Shown here one piece after another: positions 25,901 to 36,790 of a stretch of DNA of 64,000 nt. Made by a program: the position numbers and the translations under genes. How positions within the stretch are numbered: position 1 is the stretch's first letter; each line of letters opens with the position of its first letter. Origin of the DNA: Camelus dromedarius (taxonomy: Eukaryota); NCBI RefSeq assembly GCF_036321535.1, contig NC_087436.1, positions 51,586,001 through 51,650,000 on the forward strand, in the 5' to 3' direction. The notes below the pieces were generated by a model, which saw nothing but the letters and a program-made list of their open reading frames with translations, made no database searches and was not told the DNA's origin.

Positions 25901-28900
25901 ACTTAATTGATCACACCTGAACTCCATTAATTAGTGCCTCTCTCCCCAGTTTAGTAAGAGCACACTGAATTCTGATCTTGTTTTCCAAGGTGATCATTAG
26001 CCTCGTTGTTAACATATCATCTGTAACTTAATGAGGATCCTAAACTTTCTACTCTATTACTAAAAAATATCTTAAGGACCAATCTCTGAAGCACAATGTT
26101 GATTACACAGTGTTCACGTTGATAGTGTGTATAAAGGTTTCACAACTGCCTGTCAGTGGTGCTACTTTTCATCATATGCCAGGGGGATTCAGATAACAGC
26201 TAGTAAAGTATGACACTTTTATATCTCCTCTTCCTCTTTTACTAAGATAAATGCCATAAGCATCCTCTCACTCTGTATGCCTCAATTTAAATACTTTTTA
26301 AAAATCTGTCAGAAACAACATGCTATAAATTTTTCAGCTATTTAAAATCATTGTATTAATAAAACATAAAGAGTATGGTTAAATTTTATAATTAATATAA
26401 TTTTATAACCACATGATTCAAAACTCTAGACCTCATAACAGTGCTTAACTCTTATAATATTAACTGTTGTGTGAATTATTTCCTCATCAAATACAGAGAC
26501 TTCAAGTTTAGAAACAAAAATAACTGAATGGAGTTTCTTCAAACTGCAATAATAAAGCTAGAAAACTCCAAATATTCTTACTAGGAGAACCACAAGACTT
26601 ACTCGTTAGGCATCCTATTTTCAGTGTATAACAGGAAAAGATCTATTCTCAGATTGTTTAACTTTCAATGAAAGATGCATAGAAGACATCATTTTGACAA
26701 TAACAATTTTCTAAGAGAGAAGAAAGAAGTTTATGGGAACAGAAGGGGCAGTTTTTGAGAAATAAAGGTATTCTAACACAAACTCTTTTTTTCTTTTTCC
26801 TCCAAAAAAGAGAAATTCAAACTAAAGAGAAAGTCATTGCAAGGATGCCACAGGCATTTCATGAACAGATAATACCAGAAAAACAAGGGTAGCCAGGTCT
26901 TACATGGCCTAGAAAAGGAAAGTCAGAAACTAAGACAATCCCTCTGTCTTTCAGCCTCCTTAATTCTCTCTTCTTGTCTTCTTCCTAATTACCCATCTTG
27001 CACATGAGTCAACTGGCTGTCATCCTCTATTGTATATCATCACACAATGACCTTCCGCTGACAACAGTCTCATTATCTCTTGTTTGAAAGGAAAGAAGGG
27101 CTTCGTTGAATCCAACAAATCTTTAAATGACAGACAACATACATCACTGGCCATTAAGCAGTCAACAGGCTGGCTGCCTTTGAAACAAGTGTCTATTCTT
27201 GGCCAAAGGGGCAGTTTCTGAAATCTGGGCTATCATCCATGGTTCTACCCATTTCACATGGGTATGGATGGACAGGACATATTAAAGGAAGGGTCTCTGG
27301 TCTACAGGTAAGTGCCCAGAATAGTGAAAGTTCTAAACTCTTATTGAAAAGCAATGAGAAAATTAAGGAAATCATCTCCTTGATTGAAATCAAAGTAGAG
27401 TTTTGCCTCCGTTTTATCTCACTCACTTTCTCAGTAGTGACCCAGTAGTTTATGAATTGTATTAAAACTATAGTTGTCTCCTGAGATTTTTAAATTATAT
27501 CAGTCTCCTAAATCTAAATAAAATGTGATTAGCCTATGTAGAAAATGCATGAATTTTAGGGATTCTTCATACAGTCACAAGAAATACTCTATATTAGTCA
27601 TTCTAGTAGCACAATTTTATAGAATCATATCACTTTGATATGATACATTTCTCCATATCTTTGATGTTGGTGTTTATCCACCCTCCACCCAATCCCCCCA
27701 AAGTTTCTTTTAACAGTTTCAAAAAGATCTTATAAGAAATGAAAGAACACAATGAGTTATTAAATGTTTTCATACAATTAGATGGAACAATATAACTTCT
27801 TGTCCAAAGTAGATATCAAGGTAATGCGATAGCCATATCATATGAATTCAAAGTAGAAACACAGTAAATGGTAGTTATTAAAAGAAGGCCAAAATTTCAA
27901 GTGTTCTGACACTATGCTGTTCTTCTGAAAGTTAGACATGATCGTACAGCTAAGCTGGAACAAAAAAGGGAATGAAAATATTGATCTTAACCAAAGGATA
28001 AGGCTTAGCCCTCAGTGTGAATCATGACCAAAAAATTTAGTCATATAGTAAATGAAATTCCAGGTCAGGAACTGTTCTTGTACTTTGCAGTATGTCTTCC
28101 TTTAAAACAGAGCACATTAAAAAATGAAACAATGGGAATTACTAATAGGGAAAAGTGGTGCAAGAACTTAAAAGAAAGGAAAATATAACACTTAGTTAAT
28201 ATGATAAAATAAAACTTATTTTAATGACCTGGATACAAAGAAAATCTTATAAAAGACCACAAGGCAATGATGAATTACTTCTCATAATTACAAAGGGAAG
28301 TAGTCTTTCTGGATTATCTCAATGTGCAGCAGTTGGAAGCAACAAAGAAATTTCTGTCCAGCGGTAAAGGTCTAAAAGGCTCATTATTTTTCTCTGAGTG
28401 AAAAATAAATACAGGAGGGTATAATTCCATATGGTATCTGATATTTTCACCACCTGGACTGTTTCAGTGTCTGCAGTAAAACTCAGATACCATTCTTTTT
28501 ATTTAAAATAGGAAAGAATTACAAGGCCATATAACAACTTATGTTTAAATAATAACTTCTGGAATGTTTGTCCTTCCTATTCTTATTTTAGAGCTGTCTC
28601 CAAAATTACTGTTAAGATATTGTACAATATATAAAGAAAGTAATAAAATAGCCACTGTAAGTTAGATGATCAGATAATAGCCATTTAAATTCTTAAAACA
28701 TGTGATTTATACTTAGCAGGAATGATGCTCTTTATACTAGACTTTTTTCAACCCAGCAGTAGATGTTTTGGTAAAATAGATCCTCTATCTTCTTATAATT
28801 TGACAAAATATCCCACAGTTTTCTGTTTGATGCTTATTTATTTCACATACATTTTTTGAACTGGGTCACAATTAGTACTCTGTGATATGGGAAAATAAAA

Positions 28901-29214
28901 CCTGCTCTCATTTTGTCCTATTAAATTCCCATTTTATTCTTCCCTGTAACTGCCCTAGCCTAATATCCTTTTAATCAGTCTATCCTTAGTTATTCTAATT
29001 GTGGATTCCTTTTTTTCCTCACCTCAGAACTATTAATCACAATATTTCCCCAAGATTAAGGTAATATCTTTCTACAGGAAGCCACACTCCCATATATTTT
29101 TTGATGGCTTCATCCTTTGAAGTTTTTCCCCAAGTCAGCATGAGCCAGTTTCTCAATAAGAACTCTATCTTTTACCTGTAAATATAACACTATTGACCAA
29201 TGACCAAAGATTAA

Positions 29215-29445
29215 AACAATAGCTAACATGTATTAAATAATCATAATTTTCTACGGCACTCTGAAAAGCACTTCACGTGCATGTTCTCTTTTACTTCTCA
29301 AAACTATTCTTTCAAATAAATGTTGTTCTACCTACTTTTGCCTTTTTAATGAGCAAACTGAGATAATGACAGATTTATTAATCTAAGATCATGAAGCAGA
29401 TAAGCAATGAAGCTGGATTTGAAGCAGTCTGAGTCCAGAATCCAT
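29215..29445. mobile_element. MIR SINE
   Basis: AATAGCTAACATGTATT...AATGAGCAAACTGAG...GCTGGATTTGAA. Confidence 0.65.
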
Positions 29446-32004
29446 CATAAGTAGGGCACGATCACCTACAATCCGTGTTCAGATAGATGTGGCCGGAAAA
29501 GTCCCTCTGCTACCCCTAGTGTAAGGCCCAGTATGCTGCTGTGTATGCCTGAAATCCTAAGCAATTAAATATTATACAATTATTCCATATTAAAGTAAAA
29601 AGGCCCTGAGAGAGCCACCTCTCTTTAAAATCTCAACAAATGTGAGCCTATCAGAATCTTTCTAACTGTTCTGCAGAAAGCAAGTTTTACCAGCCACAGA
29701 GTTAAACAAGGGTATTTTCCTGGTAGGAGAAATCTAGGTTGTTGGCTGTGTTGGAAGGCTGTAGTAAGAGTAAAAAGCTCCAAATCTTCAAGAACTTCAA
29801 GACAGAGAAGAAAGACTTCGACAAGCCATGTGCCTCACAAGCTATGTACAAGCACCTAGCCCACGGTAAGACAGATGCATTCTGCTTTTAACCTAACAAC
29901 TTCTCTCTCCCTTCATCAGAGGCAGCATATTACATTAATCAAAACATACACAAACTATGGGGCAGGGAATAATCTGTGCTTTAATAAATAAACAGTCCTC
30001 ACTGGAGGGAGCAGTTAAAATTAAATTTAAACAAACATTAATTTTGGAATAAAGTGAAGAAAAACGTTTTTCTTTTGGACATTAGTGAACAGTGACTAGT
30101 TAAGCATACACCAGACAACACAGCCTAAATGGAATTTTCATCCACTGTGCATCACTGTCACACTGTCTTACTACTGGGTATATCTTTCCTGCTTCCTTAA
30201 AAGACAAGCTGGACATTCACAGGTTGCTCGGACGGCAGAAGACACAGATGCTGTCATCACAAGCACACCATATACCGACTGCTAGGAATATATCTTCATA
30301 GGTATGAAAGTGTGCTTATCACTTTAGATTGTGTTGGCCCACTTTACACTCATATTACTACACAACTCATGGGGTGGGTGAGTAAAAGATTGGTGGTGAA
30401 GTGATGAATGAAATCTTCAAATAATTTTTTGTTATGGGACTGTGGACAAATCACTCCCTGGGTCTTATTTTTCTCAGTCTAAAATGAGGCAGTTAGACTA
30501 ACTGACCCTTAATGTGTCACATTACGCCAGCGTCTACAATGCTGTAGAGACACTTGGCCAAAGCAGAGAGAGCAGTCACACAAAATAAGCTCTCCATTTA
30601 CAAAAAAATATTAATGGGAACTAGTTCTTTTAGAAGACTCTTCATATTTAGGAATGGCATGGGTTAATAACAAAAGCTAGCTTATTATAAGAAAAGTTTC
30701 ATTACCTGAGCCAAATAAAGAGGTAAATGAAGCAAGTGATAAATACCATACTGAAAGGACCAAAGAAGATGGGGGAAGATGCACAGGAGGAACAGAAACA
30801 ATCAGAGGAGGATAAAACTTGGTTCACATCACTCTAGCGTTATTCACAATAGCAAATACCTCAAAGAATTACTTTAGCATTAAGTGAAATAAAAGTCACT
30901 TTCTGGCTAAACTGCTCCATCTAAAAGTCTGAAACAAATTATAGTTGATTCTATTCAACTAAATGGTTCAACTGAAATTACAGAAAAGTTAACCTGCTCA
31001 AGGTTCAAAAGATATGGTTGGTCTAACTACAGATGCAAGCAAAGATGCAGCCTATCAGAGCCAGAGTTTTCAAGAATGTCAATGTTCGATATTTAGAAAG
31101 TTAACATATTAAGATATCAATTCCTTTCTTGTCATTTTCCACTGTCACAAATGCACTTTCCATTTTCACGCAAAAGCAGTCTTATAAAATCTATATATGA
31201 AAACAGACACGAGCAAAGAGAAACAGCTAAAGCCATAATTTCATTTCTTTAAAAAATGCCAGTAAGCTATGAGAAATTCTACTTAGCAAATTAACAGAAT
31301 TTCACTCAGATTTTCTCATTACCTATCTCAGTGTGAAAATCTCCAATAATCCTAATATCCAAGTGAAGCCTTTTTCTTTTTAATTTTCAAAACTGAACAC
31401 GTTTTATACTTACTATACAATCCACAAATTCATGTGGCATACTTCAAAAAGAACTGAAAACAACTGCCTTAATTTCCATTTGACCTGTGAATGCATTTAT
31501 GTCTTCAACTGAATTGACTGCTTTTTCTTTTACCAAGTTATCAAAATCTGAGTTGCAAGGAGTTTGACATAAAGTAGCCTGTCTGACTAGCAGGTCACAG
31601 GCCATCGTAGCAATTTACCGGTTCGGATTCTGTGAGACCAGCAGGTAAATGAGCAAATGGGCAGTTTTGCTACAACACGTTGACAGAATTTTTAGGCTGA
31701 TGCGTAACTTAAAACACGCACATAATTTTAAAACACGTTCCAAGGTGACTTTAGAAACTACGGGAGCCTGTCCAGGGTGCTCTGGAAAGTTCCAGAAGTG
31801 GCGGCACCGGCGACGGCACGCCGCCCAGACTCAGAGCGCTCCCACCTCGTCGGGTCCCGAGTCCCCCCATCCAAGAAGCCCGCGAGGGCAGCCGGCAGCC
31901 GCGGTCCCCCGGCCGGCCGCGAGGCGCGCTGGCCTCCAGCACAGTCCCCGCCCGACCCCGGCGCGCGGGCCTCCCTCCCGCCGCCCGACCGCGCGCGCAC
32001 CCAC

Positions 32005-32074
32005 CTGGGGGCGCTGGGCCGCGCGCGGGCCGCTCCCGGCTCCCGCCCGCCCTGCCCGGCGCTGCAGGCAGCAT
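32005..32074 (-). CDS. BANK1: BANK1 first coding exon (partial CDS, 70 nt, phase-1 donor): MLPAAPGRAGGSRERPARGPAPP(G)
   Basis: ATG at 32074-32072 in GCCGCCGCG-ATG context. The translation matches the recalled human N-terminus MLPAAPGKGLGSPDPAPCGPAPPG at both ends (MLPAAPG...GS...GPAPPG). The exon ends at CCCCAG|GTGGGT after 23 codons + 1 nt and lies in a CpG island. Confidence 0.9.
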
Positions 32075-32330
32075 CGCGGCGGCTGGAGTCCCGGCCTCTC
32101 CCGACCCGAGGTTCTCCGTGAGCTGGTCTCCGGGGCCCCGACCGTCCTTCACCCGCTTCCCACCGCGGCGGCTGCGGCCGAGGTCCCGGAAACGCGGCCC
32201 GGAGGCGCGGGCCGCAGGGCCAGGGCTCGCGGCGCTGGGCGCCCTGCGGAAGTGAAACTGCCCAGGGGCTTGCTCCGGCCTCCTTTTCAGGCGACTTCGG
32301 TGTCTCCTCTCTCTGGTCCCTTTCCCGCCT
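32075..32330 (-). other. BANK1: Probable BANK1 5' UTR / TSS region (exact TSS not determinable)
   Basis: GC/CpG-rich stretch immediately upstream of the ATG, with no upstream ATG seen on the minus strand and no TATA box evident. Confidence 0.6.
32248..32259 (+). promoter_or_regulatory. ETS-IRF composite element (EICE; PU.1/SpiB + IRF4/8) GGAAGTGAAACT
   Basis: Exact GGAAnnGAAA consensus about 175 nt upstream of the BANK1 ATG. Confidence 0.65.
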
Positions 32331-33614
32331 CACCTTTTCACTTAGGAGATTTTTAGAGCTAGGTTACCTGTGCCTGAAGCCCTCCTTGTCCTGTTGGGCG
32401 GCTTCCACTCTGCCCCCGCTTCCAGGAGGAAATAGGGCCACCAGAAGTAGACACTTGCTGGAAAAGGGGACTAAGAGATCTACATACATAGATACAGATG
32501 TGTAAGGAAAGACAGTGTTAAAAGTGTAGATGTAGACACACAGACACATAGTAGGGACAGTTGTTTGTTTTGATATTGCATTTTGACCATTTTAGGCCGG
32601 ATTCATAAATTATAAAGTGATTTTAAAATCCTATGTGAAGTTTATTTCCTACTCCTGCTCCAAGTTAGAACTGGGCCTTAAAAAAAAAATCTAAATAGGT
32701 CCTTTGTTTGCTTGTTTGCTTTAAAGACTGAGAAATACTCAAGAGTTTCCCCCAGAGCCTTAAAACAAATGCCTGTTCCTCTCTCAAGGATCTCTCAATT
32801 AGTAATTTACCTTCTCAAGTTAAAAACGTTTTTGAAGTTCAATTTGAAGATCACGGCTAAATGCCCCTCCTTCTTTTTAGAAAAGAACAAAAATGGGAAG
32901 GTTGTGTATTGACTTATCTCAGTTTTTTTTAGGAATGGCATACATATCAAGTATCAAAATATCAAAATGTTAACTTTTTTTCATGTAACTGCACTTGCTT
33001 TATATATTATACCATAATGAAGTAAACTTGGAGAAATATGTGAAATGTCAGCAAACTATTTTAGATATATTTATCCACTTTCCAGTAGTGCCTTCCACCT
33101 CATTATTAACTTTAAGTTGATTTCCTGTATTTGAAATAATGGAGCAAAAATTTTATCTAATTAATGAAATAATATCATATTGACAAGTTTATTGTCTTCT
33201 ACAAATGCCTGTTTACGAAGACACCTCAGTACAATAAGGTGAAGATAGAGGGTTTGTATTGCAGGGTACATGTAAACTCTTGGTTAGTTATTTTCAGGAA
33301 TTCAGTTCTTAAGAAAGTATAAATTTCTTAAACCAATACATTGGGGAGACAATGTCCTAACTGATGCGTTTGTATATAAATACTTTCTCCATATATATTC
33401 TTCACAAAATATACTTTGACCAAGATTTTGAGGAGCAAGAGACATACACATTCCAGGTTCTGCTCCCCAGTTAAGTGTCCATATATTCAGAGGCATCCCA
33501 GTTTGTTCTACGGAAATACAAAATGCTCATTTCCTCCCTGCACAAAAAGATTTGCTAAGATTAGTCTTCAGATAGAAAATTACATCAGTCACGTGTATGG
33601 AGCAGTCTTCCTGC

Positions 33615-33790
33615 ATGAAGAGCCCTGGACTGGAAGTCAGAGGCAGAGGCTGCCGTCTTGACTCCCCACCTTGCTCACTGGGCAACCTGGGCAATTCTCA
33701 GTATTTCTGATCTTTGCATGATCTCAGCTAAATGAGGACATTGGAATAATTATAGTCAAGTCTCTGCCAGCTATACAATATTATGACACT
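33615..33790. mobile_element. MIR SINE
   Basis: GAAGAGCCCTGGACTGGAAGTCAGAG...AACCTGGGCAA. Confidence 0.55.
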
Positions 33791-34124
33791 GTCTCCTCTA
33801 ATACACATAGAATAAGATTTGCGACACACAGGAAAATTACATTTTCAGATGCTCACTTCCACAATTTATATCACTATGATCCTGGTAAATGGAAAAATAA
33901 AAACAAAAATGTGTTTAAAATTATGGGCTGTTTTTTTTAAACTACTTTATTGAATAAGACTTTGTGCTAGAATATCTAAAAGTCTTCTACCAAAGTTCAA
34001 AAATTATTCTGTTTTGTTCTGTTTCAGGTACTGAATGAGAACACAACTCTTTTTTTTAAAGTAATGAGCTAACAGTTTAGCCCCCTTACTTACTTGTTTA
34101 TTCCTTTATTTTATTACTGTTGCT

Positions 34125-34310
34125 ATTAACAGCTACTCTGTTTTAAGTTTTCTATATGGCAACCAGTATGTAAGTGTTTCACAATGTTCATGTCTCTTGG
34201 TTCTCAAAACAATGTGGCTTTAACCAAATTTCACAAATGAGGAATCTGGGTTTTAGAAGTTTAAAGTGCCAGAGCTGGAATTCAATCCCAGACCTGACCC
34301 CATAGTCTTC
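34125..34310. mobile_element. MIR SINE
   Basis: TTTCACAAATGAGGAATCTGGG...AGAGCTGGAATTCAATCCCAGAC. Confidence 0.6.
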
Positions 34311-35517
34311 CCTCTTAGTTAGACTCTCCTCTACCTTTTAAGGTCACATAAAGTCATTGCTAAAAATTACGCAGACGTCATAGGCAAGGTTATACATATA
34401 CATATCAAAAAATCGCCTTTGTTTTCCTACTCATGTTCGCAGAGAGCAGAAACCTCATAGAAATGAACATCTATATCCTTAAAAATAGATGTGAACTGTA
34501 CTCATAATTCATACAATATTGGTGCTTTTTGGTTGAGGATAGGTAGACACTGTTTTCACAAAGAAAGGAAAATGTGTGGTGATCACATACACAGAGGTGG
34601 TAACTGAGTCGTCCATGTATTTTTAACTTTGCCAATGCATTTATGAACAGATATTTTAGAAACGTTTTCACTCATTTTGGTCTTGTTCCTCAGTGTCAAA
34701 CACATCTTTTGTCACAGCTGACTTTATTTTTCCCCTAGTTTCTCTCCTAAGGAAATGATACTGTCTGAAATGCTGGGTTACCTCTTGGTTCATGTTTGTT
34801 CTCGGGAAAGAGGCACTTAGCAATTCTTACACTGAGATGCTTTTTCAGTTAGAATGCTACCAGCAGCGTGTAATCGCAGGTTTCTGATTTTTTCCTCTGT
34901 TACAGAATGACAAAAAAAATGCGAGCCACAGTTGGTTTCTAGTTTCTCAATATATTAAACTCTTGGATCCACTGACTTCTTCTCTTGCATTCTTTTTTCT
35001 AGCAGCACATTGACAACCTCAATATTATCACCCCACTCAGTAGAGATTATAAGAGCCTCACGCTGACTCGATGTTCCAATAACTGGACGGCTGAGGCTGT
35101 TGGCTGTTGCCCTGTTGCAGCTGCCATGGCTAATTCCTTGTGCCCTTGCAGACTGGATGCTTTTGCTAATTCTGTTGGCTTTATTTCGACTTTTAGATTC
35201 TAGATTCCTTTAGAGACCAAAACTAGTTCTTTCCTGAAGTGGCAATCTACTGTAAAAGTGAAAAAGTATTTTGCTTCTTCCTGGCTATTTATTATCAGAG
35301 AATTTTTCCTTTGAAGAAGATGTCCAGATATTTAGACACTGAATTATATTATTCTCATAGTGGGTTATTATACTTCTTGTTCTCTAGTTTGAAATGAGGC
35401 CACATACTAGAAAGGTGTGAAGGGATTTCCCAGCAATAATACTTTTTGTTGTTGCTACTGAGGCTTTCTTCATTTCTTATCCTTCCTTGCATTTAACTGA
35501 ATTCTTTAATCCTAATC

Positions 35518-35984
35518 TGTGTGATGGGTCCCTTAAAGAGGTCCACATCTTAATCCCTAGAATCTCTGTGTTTATTACGTCACATTACACGGAAGGTGGA
35601 ATTCAGTTAAGGACACTGAGATGGGAAGAGTATCTGAATTATCCTGGTGAGCCCAATGTAATCACAAAGGCACTTATAAGATGGCGGCAGGAAAGTCAGA
35701 GAGGAGACACGATGAGGCAGCAGAGGTTGGAGCAGTGTGCTCTGAATGTGGCGGAAGGGGCCGCAAGCTAAGCAAGGTAGGCAGCCTCTGGGAGCTGGAA
35801 AAGGCACGGAAATGGACTCCCCCGGCAGAGCCTCCGGAAGGCGCCAGCCCTGCCGACACCTGACTTTTAGCTTAGGACGGCTGATTTTGAATTTCTGACC
35901 TCCAGCACTGTGGGATAATAAATTTGTGTTGTTTTAAGCCACTAAGTTGTGGTAATTTTTACACTAGCAATAGGAAACTGACAC
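35518..35984 (+). mobile_element. MLT1C/D-like MaLR solo LTR
   Basis: GTCCACATCTTAATCCCTAGAA...GGAGCTGGAAAAGGCA...ATAAATTTGTGTTGTTTTAAGCCACTAAGT...AGCAATAGGAAACTGACAC. Confidence 0.85.
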
Positions 35985-36664
35985 CAACTTAAGGTGATAA
36001 GTCGAGTGTTTGGGGATATTTATTAATAAGGAAAAGAATTTATATTCTTCTAAATAAACATATATTAGAGAACATTCAGTTCCCTTTAGCATTAAGTTGC
36101 TAAGTCCCCATGGAGTAATATTGCACTGTTAATTGGTAGTTGTGTTAGCTCTTTGATATTCCTCCCTGCAGGGCTGTTTGCATTATGCTCTTGCTTCTGT
36201 TCTCTGGTGGTTGCATAGATGTGCTGAATCTTCACTTTTCTACTCAACTGAGGATGACTTGTGGAACTAACCAAGTTTTCTGATCATACTATAGCTGACA
36301 CCACCCACCCCACCACCTCCACGCCCAGCCTGTGCTAACAAATGAAAAGTGAGTTTGCTGGAATAGAGCTTCCTTAGTAGATCTGAGTTTTAACAACCAA
36401 TACTATAAAAATGTTTAAATGTCAAGAAATCTAAAATTCTCCATTTCTATTTTTGGTTATGTTGTCTATCTTTGAGAACACTGGTAATCTGCTTCCATTT
36501 TTACCCTGTAATTATTGATTAGATAGGGGTTTCAGCCCCACTCCCTACCCAACTCATACTGTTTTCCTCAGCACCCAACTCACCAAGGTCTCTCGATGGC
36601 TGAACCTGTTGGCTTCAATCTACAGGACTGACAAAAAGAGATATTGCTCCTCATGATTTCATTA

Positions 36665-36790
36665 TTATTTATTCATTCATTTCAAGGGATTTTAATAAGT
36701 GCTTACCATATGCAAGACACAGTGCTGGGCACTGGACATATAGTGATGAAAAGATACAGCCCTTGCTTCCAAAAAGCCTTCTAGACATTC
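36665..36790 (-). mobile_element. L2 3' end
   Basis: ATTCATTCATT...AAGTGCTTACCATATGCAAGACACAGTGCTGGGCACTGG. Confidence 0.7.

Larger units (their letters stand above)
1..32004 (-). other. BANK1: BANK1 intron 1 (partial; continues beyond position 1)
   Basis: GT donor at 32004-32003. No minus-strand ORF resembling recalled exon 2 (GNTKDIIMIYEEDAEEWALYL...) occurs in the window or the ORF track. Confidence 0.8.
31760..32330. promoter_or_regulatory. CpG island, BANK1 promoter/exon 1
   Basis: Abrupt very GC-rich, CpG-dense segment (GCGCGCGC, CCGCCC boxes) in otherwise AT-rich, CpG-depleted DNA. Confidence 0.92.

Noticed and set aside
31649..32356. 235-aa plus-strand ORF and the overlapping 191-, 133- and 114-aa ORFs
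   Set aside because: Low-complexity R/P/A/G products expected from a stop-poor CpG island. Only the 70-nt BANK1 exon within the 133-aa frame is supported.
34950..35270. Minus-strand acceptor-like CTTTTTCACTTTTACAG at ~35250, a possible far-upstream BANK1 exon
   Set aside because: No convincing paired donor or reading frame, and such motifs are common by chance. Needs RNA-seq.
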